From the human T2T-CHM13v2.0 reference genome, Homo sapiens: 64,000 nt of DNA. The translations under genes were made by a program, and so were the position numbers. This document shows positions 22,991-40,154 of this stretch, one piece after another; position 1 is the first letter of the stretch; each line of letters starts with the position of its first letter. The stretch lies in assembly GCF_009914755.1 (NCBI RefSeq), contig NC_060933.1. The stretch is one strand, 5' to 3'. Under the pieces are notes generated by a model. That model worked only from the letters and a program-made list of their open reading frames with translations, did not search any database and was not told the origin of the DNA.

Positions 22991-23938
22991 GACAGTGAGA
23001 TCATCATGACGCCTGTCTCAGGGGTTATTGCCAGGGTTCCTTCAGCTAATTCAGAGGCCCAGATAATGGGGCAGGAGGCCCTTGTGCCTGCAGTTATTGA
23101 TATCATTTTGTTATTTTTTCATTACCATTACTAGCAGCATCAGTGGGCCCCGCAGGTGCTTAGGAGGGCCAGAGTCCAGGGGTTCCCAGGTTGGGGGTCA
23201 GGTTGGGCGCCGCCTGAGGGGGGGCTCCGTTCCCTCAGCTGCCACCACCACTATTGCTGAGGGCTGGAACTTCGCCCCACAGCCCCCAAGGAGATCCAGA
23301 TTTATAAGCCTGCAGGCGGAGTGTTCACTGGGGCTGCTGACTCGGGCACTTTGCAGCACTGGCTTCGCTGTCACCAACGGTTTTGGGGATTGGGAGGTTC
23401 CTGACTTTCTGCTGACCTTCCTGTACCCCAGCCCCTCAGCTCCTCTGCTCAGGCCTGACTGCCCCCTCCCCCACTCCACGTGCATCCAAAGAAGATTTCC
23501 CCTTCTGGGCACCTGGGGAGTCTGCTGGAGCCTTCATTCTGGCATTGGAGGCAGCTGGGCACAGATCCCATGCGGGAGGACGCTGTGCACATTGCTTATC
23601 CTCTCTGAGCCTCAGTTGCCAGGGGGAGGATGGCGATGATGAGGATGGTGACCGTACCGTGGGCTCAGCTGTGCGCCAAGTCCTTTCTGATCCCCTTGAT
23701 GGGTGCTGGTGGGTGGGGGTGGCATGTGGCCCTGGGGATGCAGCCAGGAGCCACTGGGCCTGCCAGTCTAGGGAGGGTGGGGCTGGTACAATAACCAACA
23801 CCTGCTGAGCCCTCACCTTGGGCAAGGTGTGGTGCTGAGGGCCGACTGGCTGTGACTGCACCTCACCAGGCGCCTCTGGGGTGGGCACCATGATGGCCCC
23901 AAGTCAAAGCTCAAACGCTGGGAGGGGCCAAGCAGGGA

Positions 23939-24238
23939 TTTTTTTTTTTTTTTTTTTTGACAAAGTCATGCTCTGTTACCCAGGCTGGAGTGCAGTGACG
24001 TGACCTTGGCTCACTGCAATCTCCGCTTCCCAGGTTCAAGTGATTCTCGTGCCTCAGCCTCCTGGCAGTAGCTGGGATTACAAGTGACTGCCACCACGTC
24101 CAGCTAATTTTTGTATTTTTAGTAGAGACGGGGTTTCGCCATGTTGGCCAGGCTGGTCTCAAACTCCTGACCTCAAGTGTTCCGTCCGCCTCAGCCTCCC
24201 ACAGTGCTGGGATTACAGGATGAGCCATCACGCCCAGT
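23939..24238 (-). mobile_element. Alu (AluS)
   Basis: Full dimer. Confidence 0.9.
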
Positions 24239-24694
24239 CCCCCAACAGGGATCTGAACTTGCTGAGCTTGGCTGACTCAGGGCACGGGTACTTTCTCGCA
24301 GAGGTGCCACATGGGTACCTAGTCTCTGTGACATCTCTAGCTGCCTTGGTTTTTTCCACTGCACCCTGTTGCAGGGTTGGGTGAGGATTCCTGGGGGTGA
24401 AGTGTGCCACCAGCCCAGAGTCAGTGTCAGTTGCCCCTCGAGGGTTGTGGTCCAAACTGGAGGAGCCCTCTTGATACCTTCGAAAGTTTGGAATCTCCAG
24501 TGTTTGAGGATGGGACGCATCTGATGTTGTCCCTGGGGGCAGCGCCCTCCCACCCCTCTGCTAGCAGGAGGCCCTCTCATCTTGCCTCAGCCCCTTTCAA
24601 GGCTGATGGGATGAGCAGCTCCTTGCCCCTGTTGGCTTGAGTCCCCTAGAGCTGCAGTGCACAGTTATCCAAGTTGTGCACTGCACAGTCCTAG

Positions 24695-25054
<360 letters not shown>

Positions 25055-25438
25055 AACAATTTTCTTAAAGATGGGAGTAAAGTGGAAGCAAGGGTGCCTT
25101 TTCATAATTCTCACAGAGATGCCACATGGCTCAGAATCATTTCTACTTTGGGAAAATGACACCTCAAATCTGGGGAACTCCCACTCATCTTTCTAAGTCC
25201 TGCTTCCATGACCCCTGCCTGGGAAGCCTCTAGCCTCTATGTTGGAGTCACTGCCCACTTCCCTACCCAGGGTCCCTCAGTCCCTTCAAACCCCACGCCA
25301 GGCTGTGAGCTCCTGGGGTCAGTGACGGCTGCATCGAATTGGTAGGCCACCCACCCCTGGCCTTACCCTTTGCCCAAGGAGAGAGTTCATGGGCATCCCA
25401 CGAGGTCCAGCCTTGGTGCTAACCAGGAGGCCCTATGA

Positions 25439-26118
<680 letters not shown>

Positions 26119-28198
26119 ATCTACCCCCATTTTACAGATAGGAACGCCAAGGCTCAGAGCAGCGAAGGCCTTGCTCAGGGCCCCACAGAGAGTTAGGCAC
26201 CTGGGCCTTCAGACCCCCCACTGAGGCTGGGCACACCTGCATCCCACCGCATGGTGAGAAGGCAGTCAAAGTTGGCAAAGAAGGTGGCGCTGCGGACAAA
26301 GAGGTGGAGTTCTCCAGGCCACCACTCCCCCATCCATGGCCTGGAAGTCATTTCCATCACAGCCAGGGTGCCACTCCTTAGAGACTGACGATTTGGTGGA
26401 GCAGAAGGGATCCAGGCTTAGGGTCTGGGGACCAGCGTGAAGACCCTGTCTGCGGCTGCCTGGACCCAAAGTGACCCCCGATCTTGCCTGCCTGGTCCCC
26501 CATTGCCAGCCCCCTGCCATCGGGTCCACTTCATCCTTCTGAGATTTATTCTCGGGCTGCAGAGCCTGGAAATAATTTGCTGACAGAGCCCCGTCCCGGC
26601 AGGTGCTTTAATTGGTTTTGTGGGAGCAGGCCTATTTAGAGGGAAACAAAAATTATGGTGCTGCTGCCCGTCTTTTCTCTGTAATGGGGGCTTCGGAGTG
26701 TTGGGGGTGGGGAGGAAAAGGTGGCTGTGTGGAAAGCAGAGACCCTGGTTTTTCTCTGGGGGCGCAGGTGCTGGGGCCTGGGTGTCCTGGGCCAGGGGCA
26801 GTGGAACCAGGCCACCCACTCTGGCCCTGGCTCAGCCTCAGCCTCAGGGCAGGGCAGCTTCTCATCCTCACAGTGCTGAGGGCAAGAGGAGGCCTGGGGA
26901 CAAAGGGGCCAGGGCAGGGCCAGGGCAGGCAGGGCTCCAGTTCCCAGACTCCATCTTTCTGAAGGAGGCCCTCGCCCTTGCCGGGTGCGCACTTTCTAAA
27001 ACACAAATCAGGTGGGTCACTCCTTAGCTCCAGCCCCTTCCATGGCTCCCCATTGTCCTCAGAATGAAGCCAGCTTCCTTAGCTTGGCACTCAGTGTCGC
27101 TCGAGGCCCAACTGACCTCTGGTGACCTCTCCAGCCACTTCGTCCTTCACTCCTATCTTCGCCCACCCCCTCCCAATGGTCTTTAGTCTTCCCTGGTGGG
27201 CTCCTGTGTGTCCCACTCTATGCTAACTCCACAATTGTCCATGATCAAGGAGAGCTTTGTTGCCTCATTATACAGATGAGGAAAAGAAGGCTCAGAAAGG
27301 TTAAGACACTTCCTGGAGGTCACACAGCAGGGCAGGGACTTGAACCCAGGTCTGGCTGGCATACAAGCCCACACTTAACTAGTAAGTTATAGGTGGAACT
27401 AGCCAAGCTCCCTCTAAGCCCCATGCTTTCCCTTGAAACGCCCCTCCCTACATTTTTCCGCTGGCAAACTCCTACTCATCCTTCAAAGCCCGCTTGATAT
27501 CACTTCCTTGAGAATCCTTGCTTGACTGACTACTCCCACCTCTAATCTCTCCTCTGGGCTTCCCCAAGGCCCAGCCAAGTCTTTCAGCTCAGCTCTAATC
27601 TCTGGGTTTGTCATTTTCTGTGTCAGTGTCTGTCTCTTCCACTTCCTCCCTCACCCCGGACTGGGAAATCCAGCGGAATTGTTACTCATCCTACAGGGTG
27701 AAAGTTGCAGCCCTGGAAACTCTGCTAGGTCCAAGATCCTGGGACCCGGGCTCTCGTCTTACCTGCTGTATTGAGCAGCCTAGGCCATAGCTGCTCTGTG
27801 CGACTCCGAGCAAGGCCTTGTGCCTCGGCGGACTGAGTCTATAAAATGGGAGGGTCAGCCTAGAGGCATCTGACACTTGGGAACTCTGAGGGCCAGATGT
27901 GGGCTGGAACCTCACACCATGTGACCCATGTGAGTGTGACTCACATGATGTATGTGTGAGTGGGTAGCCACGCCCCATGTCAGGGTGGGTCACGTCACCA
28001 TTGCTGATGCCCGGCCCAACCGGGGATCCAGGTGCTGGCCATGGACTGGGCTAGGAGGCCTGGGCAGAGCGGAGAAGTAATTACGCTGGAGTCAGGGCTG
28101 GAATCTCAGCTCTGCCACTCACCTGCTTCGTGTGAGCTCGGACAGGCCTGACCTCGCAGAGCCTCAGCTTCATCTGTAGAACCATGGGAACAATAATG

Positions 28199-28501
28199 CA
28201 GTCATGCGCCAGAGAAGGACGCTTCGGTCATCAAGGGACTGCATGTACGACAGTGGTCCCATAAGATCACAACGCCGTATTTCTCCTGTACCGGTTCTAT
28301 GTGTAGATACACAAATACTTCCCACTGTGCCACGGTTGCCTACAGCATTCGGTCCAAAGACAGGCGGCACCTGAGTGTAGCCCAGGGGCAAGAGCCAGGT
28401 GTGTAGGGGCCGCACCATCTCGGCTGGCGTAAATCCACTCTATGCTCTTCGCAGCTGATGCATTTCTCAGAATGCATCCCTGTTGTTAAGGACACAGGAC
28501 T
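28199..28501 (+). mobile_element. Tigger3a/MER7A-like DNA transposon
   Basis: cagtcatgcgcc...gtggtcccataagat...gcatttctcagaatgcatccctgttgttaagg...gactg termini. Confidence 0.75.
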
Positions 28502-29350
28502 GTCCTGCCACCCCACAGGGCTGATTTGCTGAGGGTCACAGGAGAGATTCTCACGGCTGGCCCAGAGCATGAGCTCCAGGGCCCTCACTGTTGTCATCTG
28601 CACAAGTGTTAAGTGCCACGTCCCCGCTGGGCCCGGTAGGCAGTGGTGGGCGGTGACTGAAGGATCCAGTCTAGACAGACAACCATGTTAATTCGCAGAG
28701 CTCAGGCCAGGACAGTGGGGCGGTGAGGGCCTTGGTTTCTGGGGTTTACGGTGGGGTTGGAGGCTGGGTCTCCAAGGGCCTCTTTCCCTGGTGTGTGATT
28801 TTTCAAAGAATCCAGGACAGAGTTAAACAGGCAGGTGCAGTCCCTGAGGACAGATGGCAGGATGTGGCTGGGGGGTTCAGAGGAGAGCTGGGGGCTGGGT
28901 GGAGTGAGAGGGGCAGAGCTCTCGGGATGAGTGGGTGGTGCTGGGAGACGAGCAGGGTCAGAGATCTGGAGAGGGGCGGAAAGAGGTTGCAGGCCTGGTT
29001 CAGCTGCCCCAATTCCACATAAAAACAGTCAGGGCTCGGTCCTCGGCCTCAGTTTCCCCCTCTGTAAACGTGGAAATGGTCCCTCCCTGTGGTGGCGCGG
29101 GGGACGGGGCCTCAGCTCCCCGGGCTCAGGAGATACCGCCTGGACCCGGGCAGCTTAAACACCCCTTCCCCTTCCACGAGGACCGAGTCCGAGGCCTGAG
29201 CCGGGCCGGGCTGTCTGCTGCAGGGCGGCGTCGAGACTTGGGGTGGGAGCCCCCGGAGGAGGAAGAGACGAACCGGGAGCCAGAGGGAGCCGGGTACACC
29301 GCGGGACTCACGGGGCGCCCCGGGGCCGGGAATCTAGCTACGGAATCCGG

Positions 29351-29364
29351 TCGGTAGGTGGCGC
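29351..29364 (+). promoter_or_regulatory. CTCF-like motif TCGGTAGGTGGCGC
   Basis: 13/14 match to CCRSYAGRKGGCRS inside the CpG island. Confidence 0.5.
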
Positions 29365-30066
29365 CGCGAGGCTGCAGTTGGGTTTCCGTCGCCCAGGCCG
29401 AGGGTGGTGCGGAGCCGGGACCCGCGGGGCTTCAGCGTCCCCCGTGGCCGTTCCCACCGCCGTCGGTCCGCGGAGATCCCAGGTGTTTTTAGGGCACCCA
29501 GGTTCACACCCCGTTGGGCCAAGACCGAGAGCGACGCGCGGGCACCGGACGGGGTGCGAACCCGGGGCGGACGGGCCCCCTGCCCCACCCCCTACTCCCG
29601 ATCCCCGCAGCTGCCACCGCTGGGCCTCGGCTGCGAAGGCTCCAGAAACGGGTCCCCCGTACCCTCGGGCCTTCCCAGCCGCGCGGGCGTGCGAGGGAGC
29701 CGAGGTCCGGGAGGCCGCTAGGGCGGGGGCCCCGGCGTGGAAGGATCGCGCTCTGGGCTGTGTCCGTCGGCCGTGTGCGTGCGCGGAGGCCGTGGGCGCG
29801 GCCGGCAGGGGACCCTTCCTTTGTTCTCGCACTTCCTTCTCTGCGGGCCCTGGTCAGGGAGGACGCAAGGCCCAGGCTGCGAGCTGTGCCCGTGGGGACG
29901 CAAGCGACGGTGGGTAGGGACAGGCAGGCGCCCCTTCCTCCCGCTCAGCATCCAGCCTTCGGGCTCCCTGGCTGCTTTCCCGAGGGCAGCCTTGGCTGGG
30001 AAATGTCACCCTCCCCGGGGGAAGGAAGGGGAGCCGCGTGTGCGCGTCTTCCATGCGTCCTCCTGA

Positions 30067-30507
<441 letters not shown>

Positions 30508-30858
30508 TGACTCGAGGCCGGGCCGATTTAGGGGGTGGAGGGTCGGATCGACTTCCCCCAAACCAGCCACCCCAGGGAGCCCCTGGAGGGGGCGAGCTGC
30601 CTGTGCCTGGAGGTGGGGACCATAGGTCCTTCCCAGCCCAAGGGCTCCCAGAATCCACACAGCAAGCGAGGCCCAGGGCTGGGAGGCGCCCTGGAGGGTG
30701 GGTTGGGAGAGGAGGTTCAGAGATGAGCGAGGCCCCACCCCGGCCAGGGAAGTCCCGTCCAGCAGAGCAGGTGGGACTTGTGGCTCATACCCGACGATGT
30801 GATCAGAGGAGGAGGGGGCAGGAAAGGTGGCCTTACAGGAGCCAGAGCTTGGGGGCCC

Positions 30859-31479
30859 AGACACACACCACACACACAGACAGACACACGCCACACACAC
30901 ACACCTCACACAGACACACCCACACACAGACACACCATACACCACACACACACCACACACATAAACATCACACACAGACACACACATACCACACACACCA
31001 CACAGACACACACCACACATACACACACACCACACAGACACACGACACAGACACACACCACTCACACACCACACACAGACACACACCACACACACAGACA
31101 TATACACCAGACACACACCACACAGATACACACACCACACACACACACAACACACACACACCACACAGACAACCACACACACAGACTCATACACCATACG
31201 CACCACACATACACCACACACACACCACACACAAATACCAGACACACACACCACACACACACCACAGACACATACACCATACGCACACCACACACACACA
31301 CCACACACACCACACACACACACCACACACACACACACCATACACACACACCACACACACCACACACAGACATATACACCATACACACACCAGACACAGA
31401 CCACGCACATACCACACACACAGACACCACACACATGCACCACACGCACCACACCACACACACACACATACACACACAC
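30859..31479. repeat. Degenerate (CA)n / CACAC-rich tract, ~620 bp
   Basis: Runs of cacaccacacacacagac variants. Confidence 0.95.
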
Positions 31480-31544
31480 GAGCAGAGCAAGGGACAGCCA
31501 TGTTGTGTGATCTGGGAGGGTGGCTCATCCTCTCTGAGTTGTTT

Positions 31545-31775
31545 ATAAACCGGGCGGGACCCAGGCCTGCCAATCAAAGGCCTGATCTGAATGCTCTTAT
31601 TGGTTCAGAGATGGACATGTGACCCTCTCTTGGCCAATCAGAGGCTTTCCTGCTGGAAGGGCTGCTGGAAGCCATCTTCGCACGGTTCTTCCCTTGGCTT
31701 TAGAGCCCCGAAGCGCTCTTTGACTTGAGCTGCTTTGCATTCTCTCTGTCCTGCCATCGAGAAAGTTCTGAGCGG
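31545..31775 (+). mobile_element. MLT1K-like LTR fragment
   Basis: attggttcagagatggacatgtgacc...ggccaatcagag. Confidence 0.5.
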
Positions 31776-31814
31776 CTCAGAAGTAATACTGACACTGTAT
31801 GTAGCGCCCTTCCC

Positions 31815-31962
31815 ACGCCAGCGGCCATTCCCCATGGGAGGGGCAGTGCTGGAGGTGCCCTGGGTGACCGGGACGAGCCGCCGCCCCTCTGCCGGCCTTA
31901 GTGCCCTTGTCTGTGAAATGGGGCGAGTAGTTCCTCTCTCAGGGCTGCTGCGAGGCTGAGTC
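31815..31962 (+). repeat. Local direct duplication, copy 1 (MIR-derived core)
   Basis: Aligns to 32743-32891 with 7 substitutions and 1 indel. Confidence 0.9.
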
Positions 31963-32742
31963 ACCGCGATGGCGGCCGGCAGAAGGGGCAGGAGGGGCTG
32001 TCGGTCCAGGGGCAGGGGCGACAGGGGCAGCGGTCAGTGGGCGCAGAAGGGGAGCCTCCCCTCCTTGACCCAGAAGGCCTGGGTCTGGGCGAGCGCGGGC
32101 ACAGCGAGGGCCGGCAGGAGGGAGGGAGTGCCGTGGTGGAGGCACCAGGATCCCCATCCTTGCCTTGACACAGATCAACGGAGGGGGACTGCAGTTTCGC
32201 TGGTGGCCCCACAGCCCCCTGCCTCCAGCCAGGGGACAAAGAACAGGAGGGATCCAGAGGTGAGAGAGGAGGTGCACAGTAGCTGCAGGGCCGGACCCTG
32301 ATGAAGGGAGATGCTGTCCCACACGGAGCCCCTGCCAGCCCCCAGATCACCAAGGCTGGAGCCCCCCAGTGACTCTGCTGGTCACGTCTGTGGGATCCCT
32401 GCTCACCCCTCTGTCCTCACCCCTTCCCTCTCCCCCTGGCCACCTGCAGCCTCCTCCTGCCTGCTCAGCCGTGGGTCTCTTTCCCTCTGATCCACTCACC
32501 ATGGGACCGCCAGGCAGCTCCCAAATCCAAACATGACCATGAGCTGCCCCGGCTTGAAACCCAAGCATGACCCCCTGTCACAGGCTGGACCAAGTCCTGA
32601 GTTCCTAAACCACCTTCAGGGCTGCCTGCACCTGCACCTCCCGCTCCTGCTGTGCCCTGATCCCATGTGCTGGGTGAACTGGGTTCTTCCGAGCCCTCCA
32701 GCCCTGGATGCTAACCCCAGAGCTGCAAGGTGAGGGGCACCT

Positions 32743-32891
32743 ACGCCGGCAGCCATTCCCCATGGGAGGGGCAGTGCTGGAGGTGCCCTGGGTGACCAGG
32801 ACGGGCCGCCGCCCCTCTGCTGGCCTTAGTGCCCTTGTCTGTGAAATGGGGCGAGCAGTTCCTCTCTCAGAGCTGCTGCGAGGACTGAGTC
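32743..32891 (+). repeat. Local direct duplication, copy 2
   Basis: Aligns to 31815-31962. Confidence 0.9.
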
Positions 32892-33640
32892 TCTCTGAGC
32901 TCAGGATTTTCCTCTCTCTGAGCTCCAAAACCACGGGCAAATCACACCCTCTCACTCTCAGCTTCCTGATCTACAAGACAGGGATGGTGATAGAGTACTC
33001 AACTCCTAGGGCAGTTGTGGGGCATGTGAAGCATTCAGCCCAGGGTCTGGCACCCTGAAAGGGCCAAACCTGTGTGAGCCACAGTTTTATGGTTGATCAT
33101 CAATGCCTGTCTAAGAAAGCCCCATTCAGCTTGAACCCAGCTCTCCAGGAAGAGCTCACTGACACCCTCCTCACACACCCCAATCGGCCGTCTTTATTCA
33201 TCCCCAAAAGTGATGTACAAGGAATGAGTCTTTGGGGGTGTGTCCGTCATCACCCACTGGGGCTGCTTGTGTCTCCAGCTATCCCTCCGAGGAATTCTGC
33301 CCCAGACAGCAGAGAGATGGGGGGCAGGGGACACATGGCCATGAGGACAGAGAGCCCTGAGAGGGACTGGGGAATCGAGACATCGTTTTCAAATAATTGC
33401 AGCAATCAAGAGAGACTGTACATCCCATCCCAGACAAAGGGAGACCTGTGAGTCCTGAGTGAGGCAAAATTTGACTTGAAACAAGTAGCTTGGGCAGGGA
33501 GGTGAGCGCTCTGCCCACAGGGAGGAGGTGGATGATGAAAGAAAGCGCCGTGGCGAACTCGGTTCTTTGCAAGGGTGCATCTTTTTGTTGTCTAGGCTGT
33601 TGAAAAATGTGCTCTTTCCTCATCAGAAAATGAGAGAATG

Positions 33641-33970
<330 letters not shown>

Positions 33971-34460
33971 AAGAAAACTAGAGAATGATGACTTCTGTTT
34001 ACCATGTGCCTGGTTTCCTGTCCTGTCTGTGATCCTGTTGCTGTTTGCTGTCAACTGTTCCTGCTTCAGTGATATTAGAAGGGTTCAAGGAGAATGTGGG
34101 TCCCCTCCTTGCCTGCTCTGGGCCTTCCCCTGTTTCTGGCCTGTTTCATCTCCACCCCCGTTGGATCTGAGCTCCTTGAGGGTGGCCCCTACACCCTGCA
34201 GTGCTGAGCATTGGGAGGTGTGAGGGTTGCTGAAGGCTGGGGGTTGGTGCTTTTCTTCATTCAGCAGTCATCATTTATTGAGCACCCACTGTTTGCCAGC
34301 TCCTTGGCTAAGCATTTCAAGCCCTGTTCCATGGGCTCAGTCTTCCAGGGGCTGGCCGCTAACTACGCATCGATTGATTTCCAGAAGGACAGAAGCACAT
34401 AGCAGGGCCTGGTCTCCACTGGGGGTGCCAGGAGCTGGGACCTCAAGGCTGAATGGATGA

Positions 34461-35088
<628 letters not shown>

Positions 35089-35994
35089 AGGACTTTGGGT
35101 TTTGTTCTAAGCCTGTGGGAACAGCCACTGGAGGGTTTTAAGCAAGATGGGGACAGAGAGGGAGCATCTATGGACCTGGGCTTCTAAAGGCTCCCCCAGC
35201 TGTTGAGGGGAGGGTGGCTGGGAGGTGTGGAGGGGCTGTTGCCCATGTGCAGGGGAGATGAGGTGCTGGGCCCAGGAAGGAGGTGGTGGATCGGGGGCTG
35301 ACAGTACTTGCTGAGGGACTGGGTATGGGGTGTGATGGACAGGAGGCCTGAGGGCCCTCCCAGGTTTCTGGCTTATACAGCTGAGTGGATGAAGCCTCCA
35401 TTTTTTGGATGAGGGGCAGGTTTGGGGTTCCAGCTTGGCGTGATGGGAGCCTGGTGAACCTTCGGCCCTAATCCATGCCAGGCTCTGGATCTCGGGGGCC
35501 CTGAGTGGCCTGTCCACCTCAGACATCATGCCATGTGGGCCTTGAGATGTTTTCTGATGGTGAAAGAATGTGGGTCCCTCGCAGGTGGCCCCGTGGCCAT
35601 GGTTGGGCTGCTCTGCTGTGTCAGGAGGGCTTAGCTGCCTAGGGTGTCTCAGTCCCCACAGAGCTCTGGCTCCAAGCCTCTGTCACCCTGGAATACAGGC
35701 CCTGTCACTAGAGGGACAGGAAGGTGCTGGGGAAGATGGGAGGGCCAGAGTGCCTACGGTGGGCAGGAGGGTGTGGTTGTCAAGGTCCCAGGCTCCTTGG
35801 TGTCTTGGTCAGGAGACTTGACCTGGGTTTGAAGCCTACGATTCCCCCAAAGCGTGGGCCAGAGCGGGAGGCGGAGTGTGGTGGGGCAGGGAGCATTGTC
35901 TTTGGAATCAGAGAGACCTGGGTTCAAATTCTGGCTCTCCCATATAGTAGCTCTATGTTAGACACCTGGGCCTCTTTGAACCTCAGTCTCCTCA

Positions 35995-36292
<298 letters not shown>

Positions 36293-36372
36293 CCTCATCT
36301 GTAATACAGGAGAAAAATAATCATCTCTACCTCCTCATAGGGCTGTTGAGAAGATTAAGATGAGGTAGCATG

Positions 36373-36530
36373 GGCCGGGTGCGGTGGCTCATACCTGTAA
36401 TCCCAGAGAGGCTGAGGCGTGTGGGTTGCTGGAGCCCAGGAGTTGGAGACCATCCTTGCTAACATGGTGAAACTCTATCTTTACCAAAAATACAAAAATT
36501 AGCCTGTCTCAAAATAAATAAATAAAATAG
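36373..36530 (+). mobile_element. Deleted Alu
   Basis: Partial Alu with internal deletions. Confidence 0.75.
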
Positions 36531-37909
36531 ATTGAAATTTAACAATAAAATAAATGTTTAAAAATGAGCTAGCATGTATGGAGTACATGGCACAGCACAC
36601 AGTGAATGCTCACCACATTTTAACTGTTACGATGGTGATTATTGTAGATTCTGGATACCCCAGTAAACGCGCTACTCCAGACCTTTGCAAATGCTGTTCC
36701 CTCCACTTGGAATGTTCTGGGCCAGTGGTGTGCTCCTCCCCCTCCTTCAACGTCCGAGTCAGGGCCACCCCAGCACCCAGCCGACTTGATTCCTCTGCGT
36801 GTGCCAGCCTGCGCCCATGCACCCTCTTCACAGCAGTTACCCCTCCCAGGCTGGCCTCCGGGGCAGTGGGTCTGGCCGCTCTCTGTCTAGGGCCTCGCAG
36901 TAGGGCATGGGATAAGCACAGCTGAGGGGGTCTTAGCCTGTGCTGGGTGCAGTGTAAGGAAGGAGGCCTGGGAGGCCTGGGGTGGGCTAAGGTACCCGTG
37001 GTGGCGGGGGATAGAGGTTGGACCCACGTGGGAGAGGTGGCAGCCATCTGCCTAGGACATCTGCAAGCACACGTGCAGATGACAACTAACGCGAGACGCA
37101 GGGGTGTCGTCAGGGGCCAAGGCCCAGAGAGGCAGATGGCCCAGACTGAGGACATGGGCAGCCCAGCTAGACCCGCTGCCCTATTGGCCCCGGGCTTGGG
37201 TCGGTTCTAGGCCTTTCTCCTCAGCCCGAATGGGAGACCCAGTGGGCCTGGTGTTGGGTTTTCAGTGGAGAGGAGGGAGTTTATGGCCTTGGTGAGGGGG
37301 GGTGGCAGACAGGCAGGGGGTAGATGGCTTTCCCGGAATCCCAGATCTCTCTTTAATAATTTGTTTCAGAATTAATGTCCATTCACGCCATCTTTCTTGT
37401 TCCAGCTCATTGGAAGATTAAATAAAGCCCCATCCCCTCCCTGCCAGTGGAGGGAGACCAGCCCCGTTCTTGCCCGTGCTCTCTGGCTGGGCTGGCTGCC
37501 TGAAGCCAGTGCAGAAAATAAATCTCTCAGAGAAAACCACTTTGCTCACACGATTTCAATCCAACAGGGCATAGTGGCCCCAGTCACTTCTTGTTTTATT
37601 TAGCTGATAATCTTTTATTGTATCAGGAGACCCTCACGGAAGCACTGTGTCTTTCCAAGGCTGCAGCCTTCCCGAACGGCTGGGCTGCCCAGGCCAGGCC
37701 CCCTGAGCCAAGCCCCTTCTTCCTCCACTCCCAGGGTTCGGCCCTTGCTTCAGGCGGCACTGCCAGGTACCCAGAAAGGTGGGTTCTTCGTGCCAGGGTA
37801 TCTGGGAAGGGCCTGGCAGTGGCTGTCCCTAGCTCCAGGGTGCACAGCCAGGGCCTCTGTGGGCTGGGACCCAACTCAGGGAGGCCCCTCAGCCAGTAAG
37901 GCCAACTGA

Positions 37910-38000
37910 CATTCACTCATTCATTCACTCAATTCATTCATTCACTCATTCATTCACTCAACACATATTTATTGTACGCCTTCTCTGTGCCACATTTGGA
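37910..38000 (-). mobile_element. L2 3' end with (TTCA)n
   Basis: cattcattcactcaacacatatttattg. Confidence 0.65.
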
Positions 38001-38094
38001 ATGCAGGGTGCTCAGACGGAGAGATGGACAAATGGAGAGACCGATGGGTCACAGCCTCTCGGGGTCGTTGCCTTTGTTTCCCTGCATCACCTGA

Positions 38095-38490
<396 letters not shown>

Positions 38491-38506
38491 TAATTAATAA
38501 TATTTA

Positions 38507-39285
<779 letters not shown>

Positions 39286-39559
39286 AACACTGGATTATTA
39301 CTTCATCCAATGTTTATGAGTTTTTATCCTATTTTCAGTGTGCCTCTTTATACTAGTATTAGTTCAATTTGTTAGGTATTAATGACTTTCCCACACAGAA
39401 TTTCTTGAGTTTACAAATCATGTTTATATAACTTTCCTAGTTCAATCTGGGCCAGTAGAGTGTTTTGTAGTCTTAACTGGAGTTTAATAAATGCTATGTA
39501 AATAATGATTTTGTTCTGATTCCTTCAACACATTTCTAGTTTTTAACTTTAAAAAACCC

Positions 39560-39810
39560 TTTTTATTTTAAAGTAATTATAGACTTACAAGAATTTGCAA
39601 AAATAGTTTGGAGATTCCTGGATACCCTTTACCCAGCTTCATGCAGTATCTTGTGTGACTATAATACAATATCAAAACCAGGAAGTGGACATTAGTACAA
39701 TACTGTTAAGCAGACAGACTAATTCCGATTTTACCAGGTTTTATACACTTTCATTTCTGTGTGAGTTTGTTTATGCAATTTAATACCATGTATGGGTTTG
39801 TGTGACTCAG
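39560..39810 (-). mobile_element. L1MC-type 3' fragment
   Basis: aattatagacttacaagaatttgcaaaaatag...aatacaatatcaaaaccaggaa. Confidence 0.65.
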
Positions 39811-39849
39811 ACATACTTCTTTAAAAAAATTTTTGTTAAATTAAATTAA

Positions 39850-40154
<305 letters not shown>

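Noticed and set aside
31565-31645. Paired CCAAT boxes (also ~20560-20605 and 42548-42585) suggesting promoters
   Set aside because: They match the typical internal pattern of old MLT1 LTRs.
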